From positions 2,713-66,712 of the forward strand of contig JBBSGK010000001.1 of NCBI GenBank assembly GCA_038254115.1: a stretch of DNA of 64,000 bases, read 5' to 3'. Position 1 is the stretch's first letter. Every line of letters begins with the position of its first letter. The translations under genes and the position numbers were made by a program. The notes beneath the pieces were generated by a model, which searched no databases, was not told the origin of the DNA, and worked only from the letters and a program-made list of their open reading frames with translations. This document shows positions 28,081 through 38,121 of this stretch, piece after piece. This stretch comes from Candidatus Levyibacteriota bacterium (GTDB taxonomy: Bacteria > Patescibacteriota > Microgenomatia > Levybacterales > UBA12049).

Positions 28081-28965
28081 ATGAAAAAAATTACAGGCAC
28101 ACTTACAGCGCTTGTTACTCCATTTCAGGAAAATGGAGAGATTGACGTACAAGCGCTTAAAGATTTGGTTTCCTGGCAAATAGAAAGCGGAATCAATGGT
28201 TTGGTTCCTTGCGGTTCAACAGGGGAGGCAGCGACAATGAGCTTTGCCGATTATAAACTGGTGGTCTCAACTGTCGTTGAGGAAACAGCGGGCCGCGTGC
28301 CAGTTATAGCAGGCGCAACAAGTAATGACACGGAAAAAGCTATAGAGTTTTCAAAAATAGCAAAAGAGGCCGGAACCGACATGCTTCTTCATGCAACTCC
28401 TTTTTACAATAAACCCACTCTAAACGGACTTATAGCACATTATAAATCAATTGCAAACAAGGTAAATCTCCCAATACTTATTTATAATGTGCCAGGCCGT
28501 ACAGCTTTGAATGTTACAGCTCCGATGCTGTTTGAAATAATAAAAAAAGTTCCAGAAGTTGTAGGTGTGAAAGAGGCAGCGGGGGATATCAAGCAAGCAA
28601 TGAATATCCTAAAAGGAGTGCCAGATGATTTTTCTACACTTGCGGGAGATGACTTTATTACTCTTCCCATGATGGCACTTGGGGGACAGGGAATTATATC
28701 TGTTGTATCAAATGAGATACCTGCGGAAATGACACAACTTTCTCAGTCAGCGATGGCTGGGTACTGGGAGAAAGCAAGAAAATTGCATTTTGAATGGCTT
28801 GATCTCATGAACGTTAACTTTATCGAGTCAAATCCTCAACCCGTCAAAACAGCTCTTTCAATGATGGGAAAAATAAAAGAGGTTTTTCGTTTGCCTCTTG
28901 TAAAAATGGAAGAATCAAATAAATTAATCCTCAAAAAAATTCTTCAGGAGCACAAATTGATATGA
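28081..28965 (+). CDS. dapA: 4-hydroxy-tetrahydrodipicolinate synthase
   Basis: GSTGE, YNVPGRT, GVKEA and ESNPQPVK. Confidence 0.95.
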   Translation: MKKITGTLTALVTPFQENGEIDVQALKDLVSWQIESGINGLVPCGSTGEAATMSFADYKLVVSTVVEETAGRVPVIAGATSNDTEKAIEFSKIAKEAGTDMLLHATPFYNKPTLNGLIAHYKSIANKVNLPILIYNVPGRTALNVTAPMLFEIIKKVPEVVGVKEAAGDIKQAMNILKGVPDDFSTLAGDDFITLPMMALGGQGIISVVSNEIPAEMTQLSQSAMAGYWEKARKLHFEWLDLMNVNFIESNPQPVKTALSMMGKIKEVFRLPLVKMEESNKLILKKILQEHKLI

Positions 28966-30035
28966 AAATTTCCGTTGGAATCTTGGGTGCAACAGGTATG
29001 GTCGGACAGAGGTTTATCGAGCTTCTTTCCAATCATCCCTGGTTTGAAATAAAAGCTTTGGCTGCATCACCCCGCTCTGCCGGTAAAACATATGAAGAAG
29101 CAGTATCCGGAAAATGGTTTTCAAAAAATCCAATCCCCCAAAATATTTCATCGATAAAGGTTTTAGCAGTTGAGGATGATATAGACACTATCAGTAAAGA
29201 TGTACAGCTCGTTTTTTCGGCCCTTGATTTGGATAGTGAAAAAGTTAAAAAAATTGAGGAGGATTATGCATCTAAAGGCGTTTTTGTTGTTTCAAATAAT
29301 TCCGCAAACAGGTGGACTCCAGATGTTCCTATGATAATTCCTGAGATAAATCCTGAGCATTTAGAAATTATTAATACGCAAAGAACAAACAGAGGATTGA
29401 AAAGCGGAGGAATAGTAGTAAAGTCCAATTGCTCGATTCAATCTTATGTTCCGGTTCTTCATGCATGGTCCGAGTTTGAACCAACTGAGGTTATAGTGAC
29501 GACAAATCAAGCGATTTCGGGTGCTGGAAAAACATTTGAGACTTGGCCCGAAATAATTGACAACGTAATTCCATACATAGGTGGAGAGGAAGAAAAAAGT
29601 GAGAAAGAGCCTTTGAAGATTTGGGGAGAAATAAAAAATGGAAAAATTGAAAATGCAAAACTACCTGTTATTTCAGCAACATGTATTAGGGTCGCTGTAA
29701 CGGACGGTCACATGGCAGCGGTTAGTGTGAAGTTTAAAAATAAACCGACTAAAGATCAATTGATAAGCGCACTAGTAAATTATAAAAATCCAATTGCGGA
29801 TCTTGATCTGCCATCATCCCCAAAGATATTTCTAAAATATTTTGAAGAGGAAGATAGACCTCAGACCAATCTAGATCGCAATACCGGAAGAGGAATGACA
29901 ATATGCATTGGAAGAATAAGAAATGATCAAGTTCTTGATTATAAATTTGTTGCGTTGTCCCACAATACAATAAGGGGTGCAGCAGGCGGCGCAGTATTGG
30001 CAGCAGAGTTATTAAAAGCAAAAGGTTATATATAA
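28962..30035 (+). CDS. asd: Aspartate-semialdehyde dehydrogenase
   Basis: GATGMVGQRF, KSNCS, QAISGAG and HNTIRGAAGG. Confidence 0.94.
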   Translation: MKISVGILGATGMVGQRFIELLSNHPWFEIKALAASPRSAGKTYEEAVSGKWFSKNPIPQNISSIKVLAVEDDIDTISKDVQLVFSALDLDSEKVKKIEEDYASKGVFVVSNNSANRWTPDVPMIIPEINPEHLEIINTQRTNRGLKSGGIVVKSNCSIQSYVPVLHAWSEFEPTEVIVTTNQAISGAGKTFETWPEIIDNVIPYIGGEEEKSEKEPLKIWGEIKNGKIENAKLPVISATCIRVAVTDGHMAAVSVKFKNKPTKDQLISALVNYKNPIADLDLPSSPKIFLKYFEEEDRPQTNLDRNTGRGMTICIGRIRNDQVLDYKFVALSHNTIRGAAGGAVLAAELLKAKGYI

Positions 30036-30038
30036 ATT

Positions 30039-31340
30039 ATGGCAAAAGAAAAAAAGCAAGTTAATGTTGGATTAATTGGTTTTGGTAATATCGGAAAAGG
30101 CGTTGTAAGATATTTCCAAGAAGGACATGGAAAAAACTTCAATATCCATCTCAAGCGGATTGCAGTCCGGGACCTTACTAAGCAAAGAGAAATAGATGTT
30201 GAGCTGACGGACAAAGTTGATGATATTTTTAACGATCCGGAAATAGACATCGTCGTTGAGTTGATTGGAGGGCTGGATCCTGCAAAGCAATATATAATCA
30301 AATCCATAGAAAAAGGAAAAAGTGTAGTTACTGCCAATAAAGCAGTTATGTCGCGTTTTACTAAAGAATTATTTGACGTTGCACGGGAAAACAATGTGGA
30401 TCTTGCTTTTGAAGCGGCTGTTGGAGGTGGAATACCCATAATTAATACCCTTAACCGTTACAAGGGAGAAAAAATTGAGCGGGTTCTAGGAGTATTAAAT
30501 GGAACTACAAATTTTGTTCTTACGCAAATGGAACAGGGATTGGACTTTAATACCGCTATAAAAATAGCACAAGAAAAAGGATTTGCCGAAGCTGATCACA
30601 TTCTCGATACAGGCGGGTTTGATACCAGGGACAAGTTGGCACTTATCGCCTCCCTTATTTTTAATTCGCAAGTTGATCCCGAAAAGATCCAAACACACGG
30701 AATAACAGAAATTACTCCTGTGGATATTGACTTTGCGGATAAATATAAAGTAGCGGAAGGAGGACGGGGATATGCGATAAAACTCCTTGCAATAGCCGAG
30801 CGGCGAGACGGTGATGTTGAGTTAAGTGTTGGTCCTGCTTTGATAAGCCGTGATCATCCGTTGGCATCAATAAGGGATGAGGTCAATGCAGTTTACGTTG
30901 AGGGAGAGCTTGCCGGTCCTCAAACATTCTCCGGTAAAGGTGCCGGTACAAATCCGACTTCAAGCGCAGTTGTTTCAGATATTCTCCGGTTGGCAAACAA
31001 TATGCAAAGGGGAGTTGTGGATGAATTGCCGGATCTTAATTCAAAAGTCAGCTACATAAAACACGAAAAGATGGAACAAAAGGGTTATATACGTGTTAAT
31101 CTCAAGCATCAACCCGGCAGCCTTTATGCGGTTACAGGGATTCTGTCTCAGCATGGACTAAATATTGATGATTCAATTCAGAGAGGAGATTACGGTTACG
31201 ATATAGGAAAGGTCAGGTTTGTTCCTGATATTATTACACTCGAACCGGCCCCGGTCAAGGTCATAGAGAAAGTATTAGCCGAGTTGAGTAAATCGGATAG
31301 AGTGGACGGGGATCCGCTTTTTATGAATATTGAGGAGTAA
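30039..31340 (+). CDS. hom: Homoserine dehydrogenase (with ACT domain)
   Basis: GFGNIG, VVTANK, FEAAVGGGIP, LNGTTNF and GKGAG. Confidence 0.93.
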   Translation: MAKEKKQVNVGLIGFGNIGKGVVRYFQEGHGKNFNIHLKRIAVRDLTKQREIDVELTDKVDDIFNDPEIDIVVELIGGLDPAKQYIIKSIEKGKSVVTANKAVMSRFTKELFDVARENNVDLAFEAAVGGGIPIINTLNRYKGEKIERVLGVLNGTTNFVLTQMEQGLDFNTAIKIAQEKGFAEADHILDTGGFDTRDKLALIASLIFNSQVDPEKIQTHGITEITPVDIDFADKYKVAEGGRGYAIKLLAIAERRDGDVELSVGPALISRDHPLASIRDEVNAVYVEGELAGPQTFSGKGAGTNPTSSAVVSDILRLANNMQRGVVDELPDLNSKVSYIKHEKMEQKGYIRVNLKHQPGSLYAVTGILSQHGLNIDDSIQRGDYGYDIGKVRFVPDIITLEPAPVKVIEKVLAELSKSDRVDGDPLFMNIEE

Positions 31341-31354
31341 GTTATTGAAAATCT

Positions 31355-32875
31355 ATGTTTTGGGCTGATGAAGTTGCTGAAAAATTAAAAAAAAGAAAAT
31401 TGCCTCTTGAATGGGTTGATGATATGAAGACGCCTTCGGGAAGAATTCACGTTGGGTCTTTGTTTGGCGTTGTTTTTCATGACTTAGTCTATAAAGCCTT
31501 GAAAGACCAAGGTGTTAAAGCAAAGTACACCTACGTTTTTGAAAATCACGATCCGATGGATGATATCCCATCATATTTGCCCCGGGAGAAATTTGAGAAG
31601 TATCTCGGTATGCCTCTTTTTAAAATTCCATCACCTGTAAAAGGTTTTGAAAACTTCGCCCAATATTATGCCTTTGAATTTAAAGAAACGTTTAATAAGC
31701 TCGGGTCTGATCCCGAAATAATCTGGACAAAGGATTTGTATACATCAGGCAAAATGAATAAAGGAATTAAACGCGTTCTGGATAGTTCAGAAGAAATTAG
31801 GAAAATCTATAAAGAAATGTATAAAAAAGAGATTGCAACTGATTGGTATCCGTTTCAGGTTTATTGTGAGAAATGCGGAAAAGTTTCAACAACCCGGGTT
31901 TATAATTGGGACGGGGAATTTGTTTATTACCGTTGTCCTGTTGCCGCAACAAAATGGACTAAAGGATGTGGAAATGAGGGGAAAACATCACCATTTAGTG
32001 ATGAAAAAGGTATGAAAGGAAAAATGCCTTGGAAAGTTGAATGGCCGGTAAAGTGGCAGGCAATTGGTGTGACGGTTGAGGGAGCGGGTAAAGACCATAT
32101 GAGTCGTGGGGGGTCGCACGATTTGGCAACGCAAGTTGCAGAACGAGTGCTGAAGTGCCCTGTTCCATATCCGGTCAGTTACGAATTTATGTTGATAGGT
32201 GGCCGGAAAATGTCTTCATCAAAAGGTCATGGTTTTGCGGCAGGAGATATATTGGAAATACTTCCTCCTGATTTAGCCCGGTTCTTGATAGTAAAAATGG
32301 ATATTAAACAACAGACAAATTTTGATCCGACTGAAAAAGATACTGTGCCAAAATTATTTGATGATTACCAAAAAGCAGCAGACGCTTACTTCGATAAGAT
32401 TGATAAGAATTTGGCAAGAGTTTTTGAACTGTCGCAAGTTGGTGAAATTAAAAAACCGCCAACTGTAAGATTTTCCGTTCTTGCCCAGTGGGTGCAGATG
32501 CCAAATATGGCGGATAAGATTAGGGAAGAGGGTTTGGAAGAGTGGGTAAAATATGCAAAAGTATGGCTTGAAAAATACGCGCCTGAATCGGAAAAGTTTG
32601 AGCTGCAAGAAGCTTTGCCAGAAGCAGTAAAAGACTTAACAAATAAGCAAAAAGAATTATTAAAAAAAATCTCAGCAGAGATTGATAGAAAATGGGATCC
32701 TGAAGAATTTCAGACACGGATTTATGAGATAGGTAAAGAATTGGGATTAAACGGTAAGGAAACATTTGCCGCAATCTACTTATCGCTTCTTGGAAAAGAC
32801 CACGGACCAAAGGCAGCATGGCTTATTTTGTCAGCCGGCAAAAAGTTTATAAAAAAAAGATTTAATGAATTTTAG
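31355..32875 (+). CDS. lysS: Lysine--tRNA ligase, class I
   Basis: PSGRIHVG (HIGH-like), CEKCG zinc knuckle, EGAGKDH and KMSSSKG. Confidence 0.93.
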   Translation: MFWADEVAEKLKKRKLPLEWVDDMKTPSGRIHVGSLFGVVFHDLVYKALKDQGVKAKYTYVFENHDPMDDIPSYLPREKFEKYLGMPLFKIPSPVKGFENFAQYYAFEFKETFNKLGSDPEIIWTKDLYTSGKMNKGIKRVLDSSEEIRKIYKEMYKKEIATDWYPFQVYCEKCGKVSTTRVYNWDGEFVYYRCPVAATKWTKGCGNEGKTSPFSDEKGMKGKMPWKVEWPVKWQAIGVTVEGAGKDHMSRGGSHDLATQVAERVLKCPVPYPVSYEFMLIGGRKMSSSKGHGFAAGDILEILPPDLARFLIVKMDIKQQTNFDPTEKDTVPKLFDDYQKAADAYFDKIDKNLARVFELSQVGEIKKPPTVRFSVLAQWVQMPNMADKIREEGLEEWVKYAKVWLEKYAPESEKFELQEALPEAVKDLTNKQKELLKKISAEIDRKWDPEEFQTRIYEIGKELGLNGKETFAAIYLSLLGKDHGPKAAWLILSAGKKFIKKRFNEF

Positions 32876-32883
32876 AGACCTCA

Positions 32884-33483
32884 ATGCAAAAACTTCTTAT
32901 CGCCACTTTTAACAAAGGAAAACTTGAAGATTATAAATTTTTTCTAAAAAATTTACCTTTTAAATTAGTAACCCTTGAAAATTTGGGTATCACAGAAGAT
33001 TTTGAAGAAGTTTGCGAAACATTTGAAGAAAATGCTTCTGCAAAGGCAGAATTCTATGCTAAACTCTCAGGTTTGACTACCCTTGCAGATGATAGTGGAG
33101 TCGAAATTCCTTTTTACAAAATGGCGCCTGGGGTACATACGAAAAGGTGGGACGGAGTTGGGAAAAATGATGAGCATTATCAAAAATTCATCCTCGAGAA
33201 AATAAAAGCAATTCCTAAGGATCAAAGAAAAGCACAGTTGCGGGCAGTCCTAGCATTATCTATTAATGGAGAGACTCACATGAGCGAAGGAATAATAAAA
33301 GGAATTTTAACAGAGAAGGTATATCCAAATTCAGACACTCAAGGATATCCCTGGGACCGAGTGTTTATTATTCCGCAATTAAATAAGTATTATGAAGAAC
33401 TTAGCGACAAGGAAAATTACAAATATAATCACCGCCGGCGAGCTCTTGAAAATCTCAGATCAGTAATTGAAACAGCTTTATAA
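32884..33483 (+). CDS. rdgB: Non-canonical purine NTP pyrophosphatase (Ham1/RdgB family)
   Basis: ATFNKGK, TFEENA..KA, LADDSG, GYPWD and NHRRRA. Confidence 0.85.
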   Translation: MQKLLIATFNKGKLEDYKFFLKNLPFKLVTLENLGITEDFEEVCETFEENASAKAEFYAKLSGLTTLADDSGVEIPFYKMAPGVHTKRWDGVGKNDEHYQKFILEKIKAIPKDQRKAQLRAVLALSINGETHMSEGIIKGILTEKVYPNSDTQGYPWDRVFIIPQLNKYYEELSDKENYKYNHRRRALENLRSVIETAL

Positions 33484-33586
33484 TTGATTAATTTTGTCTA
33501 TTGCATTTGGGGAGAAGTTTATTTGATAATTAAATCAGTTCGAGCCCGCTTTACAAGAATTTGGCGGTTAAAGGAGGTGATTAATT

Positions 33587-34036
33587 ATGGTACATGAATC
33601 AAAAAATAGCTTTATAGACACACTGGAAGATTTTTTCAAAAAAGCACCTGCGCTTCCTACAAATGGACGTGAAGGAATTGTTAAGATCACTCCTGCTCTT
33701 TGCCTTATCTTTGGAATACTAGGTATCATTGTTGCAGTCGCAGGTTTGGGAGTATTTACATTCTTAGCACCTTTTGCAGCAATAGGCGGAGCACATGAAG
33801 TTTCATCACTGGGCAGCGGTTATATTACAGTTTTATTTTCGCTGGTAGCAGCAGTATTTTTGCTCGCAGCGTATCCTGGTACAAAGGCCCGTAAAGCGAG
33901 TGGATGGAAAATGCTTTTTTGGAGTGAGGTAGTGAATATTATTAGCTCACTAGTAGCAGGTGCAATCGTATCTGCAATAATAGGAGCTCTTATCGGATTT
34001 TACTTATTATTCCAGATTAAATCTTATTACAAGTAG
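33587..34036 (+). CDS. Hypothetical membrane protein
   Basis: Four hydrophobic helices; strong SD AAGGAGGTGA. Confidence 0.8.
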   Translation: MVHESKNSFIDTLEDFFKKAPALPTNGREGIVKITPALCLIFGILGIIVAVAGLGVFTFLAPFAAIGGAHEVSSLGSGYITVLFSLVAAVFLLAAYPGTKARKASGWKMLFWSEVVNIISSLVAGAIVSAIIGALIGFYLLFQIKSYYK

Positions 34037-34059
34037 GTCTTTTTCGAATTTATTTATAT

Positions 34060-34094
34060 AAAAATCCACCTCAGATAAATGGGGGTGGATTTTT
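34060..34094. terminator. Intrinsic terminator
   Basis: AAAATCCACCTC / GGGGGTGGATTTT inverted repeat. Confidence 0.75.
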
Positions 34095-34191
34095 GGTGCA
34101 TGATTACTCCGAACTTTTTGTCTTCTTAATAAAAATTTGGTTTGTCAATTTTATACCTGTTTGATAAGATGAAAGGTACATTGTTATACTC

Positions 34192-35034
34192 ATGAAAAAA
34201 ATATTTATTATCCTTGTCTCAGCTCTTATTCTTGGAATTTTGTTTTTTGTTCTTTTTCAATATTTTATTAAATCCCATTCTCAAAAAGGCGCTTTGCAGG
34301 TAACATCCGCTCCTGAAAGTAAAGTTTATCTGAACGATAAATATTTGGGACAGACTCCGCTTTGTAAATGTGAGGCAGTGGACATGCAGCAATCAGGCGA
34401 TTATATCATCCGTTTGGTGCCAAAAGATAAAAATTTATCAGAGTTTCAGGAGAAAATAAAAATTTCAGAAGGAGTTTTGACAGTGATTGACAGAAAATTT
34501 GGCAAGGACTCTGATTCTTCAGGAAGTGTAATTTCATTGACACCACTTGATGACAAGAAGGCAACAGAGCTTCTGGTTGTTTCAATTCCTTCTAAATCAA
34601 ATATTTTTCTTGATAATAATCAGATTGGAGATACCCCAATACTCTACAAAAATCCTACAGAATCAGACCACGTTTTACAGGTGGGCAAGGAAGGATATAA
34701 AGAAAAAACGGTTAGGATCCGCACACCGCTTGGTTATAAGCTTACAGTTACAATATATTTAAGTACAAGTGGGGAGCCGGTGGAAGCATCAAAATCAGCA
34801 TCAGCTGCTCCAACCGCTTCTCCACCTCCGGCACTTGGCAAGGTAGCTATTCTTGAGACGCCAACAGGCTTTTTACGGGTAAGAGATAGCGCGTCAATTG
34901 GTTCCTCGGAGATTTCAAGAGTGGCGTCACCCGACGTATATGAAGTGGTCAGCGAGCAGGCAGGGTGGTTTCAAATCAAACTGAAAGATGGGAAAGTAGG
35001 CTGGATCAGTAGTCAGTATGCGAGGAAGCAGTAA
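34192..35034 (+). CDS. PEGA-domain protein with C-terminal SH3b domain
   Basis: TM; two PEGA repeats (LQVTSAP..VYLN..GQTP; VVSIP..IFLD..GDTP); TPTGFLRVR...GWISSQY. Confidence 0.85.
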   Translation: MKKIFIILVSALILGILFFVLFQYFIKSHSQKGALQVTSAPESKVYLNDKYLGQTPLCKCEAVDMQQSGDYIIRLVPKDKNLSEFQEKIKISEGVLTVIDRKFGKDSDSSGSVISLTPLDDKKATELLVVSIPSKSNIFLDNNQIGDTPILYKNPTESDHVLQVGKEGYKEKTVRIRTPLGYKLTVTIYLSTSGEPVEASKSASAAPTASPPPALGKVAILETPTGFLRVRDSASIGSSEISRVASPDVYEVVSEQAGWFQIKLKDGKVGWISSQYARKQ

Positions 35035-35078
35035 ATGAAAGCATTAATTGATTAATTCTGACAAACTTTAAATTGCTT

Positions 35079-35378
35079 CTATTTTTGTTGTCTTTCTGGC
35101 TGGCCAACTTGGACTCTGTATAGTTGTAGCTTTACGGGAACGCCTTCTTCTAATTTGCCGCCTGCTGAATTTCTATCTCTTCTACCTCTTCGAGAAAATT
35201 TAGATATTAATCGAGGCAGTATATTATTTGCTTCTAACACACCTTTTCCGTTGGGTTCTAAGCCTACTTCTTCATCGTTGTCACTATTTGCAGGTTTCGC
35301 TAAATATTCTGCTCGCGGTATCGGTGGAGAGAAAAGTCCAGGAAAACCAAAAATTGGATTGGCGTGTTCACGTCCCAT
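35079..35378 (-). CDS. Hypothetical protein
   Basis: 99-aa ORF with a TATAAT box 6 nt before the ATG, as for many genes here. Confidence 0.55.
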   Translation of the reverse strand: MGREHANPIFGFPGLFSPPIPRAEYLAKPANSDNDEEVGLEPNGKGVLEANNILPRLISKFSRRGRRDRNSAGGKLEEGVPVKLQLYRVQVGQPERQQK

Positions 35379-35449
35379 AATGATATTATATCATAACTAA
35401 AATGAAAAACAATAGACAATATCGTAATAACTAGGGTTAAAATAAATTA

Positions 35450-35506
35450 AAATTGAAAGAAGGTAGAACAGGCTGGATCAGTAGTCAGTATGCGAGAAAG
35501 CAATAA
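35450..35506 (+). repeat. Diverged duplicate of the 3' end of the PEGA/SH3 gene
   Basis: 35470-35506 matches 34998-35034 with 2 mismatches; encodes KLKEGRTGWISSQYARKQ* versus KLKDGKVGWISSQYARKQ*. Confidence 0.85.
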
Positions 35507-35550
35507 TTCTCATAGCTATTTGATTTGCTGTCTGATGATATAATTCCCAC

Positions 35551-36105
35551 GTGAGAAAAGAAACAGAGCATCCATTTGTTGAACCAAGGTCTTTTTTAGA
35601 GAGGCCATATGAAAAAATAGAGATAGGACGAATGCCGATTCCGCCGGAAATAGGTTTTCTTCGGTGGTTAACCACGAGAGTGGACGAAACTGGTTTAGTT
35701 TTAATAAAACCTGCTTGGTATATTATTAAAGCAAGCGATCGAGGTGTGCCTACATGGACAATGCCTCATTATGCTGATGTATTAGTTCATTCTCATCCTC
35801 AAGAAGAAGATGAAAAACAGAATGATAGCTCCGTTCCAAGTCTTCGAGATTTTATTAATAGTTCACCTACAGCAAAGAATTTCATAGTCTCTTATAGAGG
35901 TATTACTCAGTACGGTCCAATAGAAGAAGAAGTAGCGAGATATGTTCGAGATGTTGTGATATTTCAAGAGCATTACAGATTTGGCAGAGGCAAGGAGAGG
36001 GAATATCTAAAGTACTTAGATGAGATTAATGCAGAATTTATAGTTCACCGATGGGAGGACATAAACGAAACAAAATTAAATAAATTGTTTGATAATAAAA
36101 TCTAG
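35551..36105 (+). CDS. Hypothetical protein with JAB/MPN-like HxHP..PS..D motif
   Basis: E...LVHSHP...VPSLRD; TATAAT 6 nt before the GTG start. Confidence 0.55.
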   Translation: MRKETEHPFVEPRSFLERPYEKIEIGRMPIPPEIGFLRWLTTRVDETGLVLIKPAWYIIKASDRGVPTWTMPHYADVLVHSHPQEEDEKQNDSSVPSLRDFINSSPTAKNFIVSYRGITQYGPIEEEVARYVRDVVIFQEHYRFGRGKEREYLKYLDEINAEFIVHRWEDINETKLNKLFDNKI

Positions 36106-37046
36106 GCTTTGATGAAGTAGATTATAAGCACTACAAGTAATCCCCAGATGACAACAGAGGTTAGAAGTGCGCGGTCTGAGAAAAGAACCCGCTCAGGTGA
36201 CTCTCCTTCATGCTTTTCATAGATCCGCTGCAGGTAACGCATTATTCCATACACAACAGGTATGATAGTGATCATAAGCCATTTGCGCTGTAGATATGTC
36301 CCCAGAATATCTGCGGGAAGAAGATCTGTTGTGAACTGGCGCCCACGTGGATTTTCAATAAAGGTAAACAAGGAATAAAAGACGAATGCGGATGTTGCAA
36401 ATATAGAAATATAAGCATCTAGCAATTTTTCTGTATAGTGTGAAAGTGTTTTTCTGGTTGTTGAAATTTTTAAAGCGGTATAATTCGCCAATAGTGTAAG
36501 CTCTGATCTGCGTTTGCCGATAGCCAGAAAGAGAGAGAGCGCAATTGTGGTCATAAGAAGCCAGGCCGAGATATGAAAACCGCTTACAACTTCTCCAGCC
36601 AGAACGCGGAGAATATATCCCCCGGCAAGTGTCAGGATGTCGATAATCTCAATTTGCTTTAGAAAGGCCGAATAGGACAGGTGTAATAGGAAATATACGA
36701 CAGTTATTACAAAAAATGCAGGTGCAATGAAATAGCTCAAAAAGATGGAACTTAATGCCAGTAAAGCAGCGATGAGCACGGCTGTTTTTATGGATATATT
36801 TTCTTGAGCAAGAGGCCTGTATTTTTTAAACGGATGAAGTCTATCTTTTTTAACGTCAAAAATATCGTTAGTTACATAAATAGCGCTACTCATCGCGCAA
36901 AACACAATAAAGCCATAGAAAACTTTTTGAAAGATCAGAGGATTGAAGAGCTGCCCGCTAAATATCAAGGCAGCAAAAATAGCAAAATTTTTTATCCATT
37001 GACGAGGACGTAGAAGCCGTAAATTTTCACGAAACATGTTATTCAT
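36102..37046 (-). CDS. UbiA prenyltransferase family (decaprenyl-phosphate phosphoribosyltransferase-like)
   Basis: RPRQWIKN, NDIFDVKKDRLHPFKKYRP, KRRSE and GESPE. Confidence 0.9.
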   Translation of the reverse strand: MNNMFRENLRLLRPRQWIKNFAIFAALIFSGQLFNPLIFQKVFYGFIVFCAMSSAIYVTNDIFDVKKDRLHPFKKYRPLAQENISIKTAVLIAALLALSSIFLSYFIAPAFFVITVVYFLLHLSYSAFLKQIEIIDILTLAGGYILRVLAGEVVSGFHISAWLLMTTIALSLFLAIGKRRSELTLLANYTALKISTTRKTLSHYTEKLLDAYISIFATSAFVFYSLFTFIENPRGRQFTTDLLPADILGTYLQRKWLMITIIPVVYGIMRYLQRIYEKHEGESPERVLFSDRALLTSVVIWGLLVVLIIYFIKA

Positions 37047-38121
37047 TTGTATCTCCCGGATCCCCGATAACAGAATGCAGGAATAGTAATATTCCGCCTG
37101 TAACCACAGTTAACATAATAAGAGCAAATACCTTACTTTTTGCATCAAGAGTTAACGAAATTAATCCCAATATAGCAGAAAGACACCAATAAAACAACGC
37201 AACTTGCCGCTGAGTGTAGCCAAGTTTTAGCAGATTGTGATGAAGATGCTTATCGTCACCATGAAATGGAGATTTTTTATCGGCAATTCTTCTTATTATA
37301 GTAAAAACAAAGTCTACAAGAGGAACCCCCATGACAAGAACTGCTGTTGCCAGTTTTGCGCTCGAAAGAATAGATACGACTCCCAGTAATAGATATATAC
37401 TTGTCGCTCCGTAGCCCGGAAAAATTTTGGCAGGGTAGAAATTGTACAAAAGAAATCCCATAGAGGCTCCTGCTATAATAAATGACAGTTGCGCATCAAT
37501 TGAATGGCCTTGCCCCGTAGGGTTTAATTTGAGGCTTAAAATTCCAATTACAATTGCTGATATGGCAACAATTCCCGGCATTTGACCATCAACGCCTTTA
37601 CTCCAATTTATCATGTTCATAACCCAGATAAGCCATAGGACTGACAATACATCCGAGAGTAGAAAGTTTAAGATTGGAAGCCTCATAGCGTCTAAATGCA
37701 GGATTCCGCCGCCAAAAGGATTGGTGATAAAATGAATACTTACTCCACTCCCAACAATGATAATAGCTGTGGCAATATTTATCAGAAAACGGAAGTATGG
37801 CGAAACATCTCTCGACTTAGAGTTAAGTTTGTCATCAATTACACCAATAAAAAGGGCAAGAAAAGAGGCCGTGAAAAGAGAAATAGTAATTTTTGTGATT
37901 GGGAGAAAAAATAGTCCCGCAATAAGAATTCCTATGAAAAGCGGTATGCCTCCTCCTCTGGGAACAGCTTTTTTGTGAATCATTGCCGGGTGTTTGTGAA
38001 GTTTTGGATCATCAACAATACCTAGTTTTTTAAGAAAAAAAATAGCAATTGGGGTCGCAAGAGCTGTTCCCGCAAGTGCAGTTAAAAATGGCAGAAAAAA
38101 GAAATCATTGGGAAATGTCAT
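37039..38121 (-). CDS. MraY/WecA-family undecaprenyl-phosphate sugar-phosphate transferase
   Basis: PRGGG, GVIDD, NWSKGVDG, NFYPAKIF and DDKHLHH. Confidence 0.9.
   Translation of the reverse strand: MTFPNDFFFLPFLTALAGTALATPIAIFFLKKLGIVDDPKLHKHPAMIHKKAVPRGGGIPLFIGILIAGLFFLPITKITISLFTASFLALFIGVIDDKLNSKSRDVSPYFRFLINIATAIIIVGSGVSIHFITNPFGGGILHLDAMRLPILNFLLSDVLSVLWLIWVMNMINWSKGVDGQMPGIVAISAIVIGILSLKLNPTGQGHSIDAQLSFIIAGASMGFLLYNFYPAKIFPGYGATSIYLLLGVVSILSSAKLATAVLVMGVPLVDFVFTIIRRIADKKSPFHGDDKHLHHNLLKLGYTQRQVALFYWCLSAILGLISLTLDAKSKVFALIMLTVVTGGILLFLHSVIGDPGDTNE

Noticed and set aside
33536-33550. GTTCGAGCCC resembling a tRNA T-loop
   Set aside because: No acceptor, D or anticodon stems can be formed; no tRNA was found in the window.
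35155-35400. 81-aa + strand ORF
   Set aside because: Shadow of the - strand ORF 35079-35378, which has the promoter-like signal.
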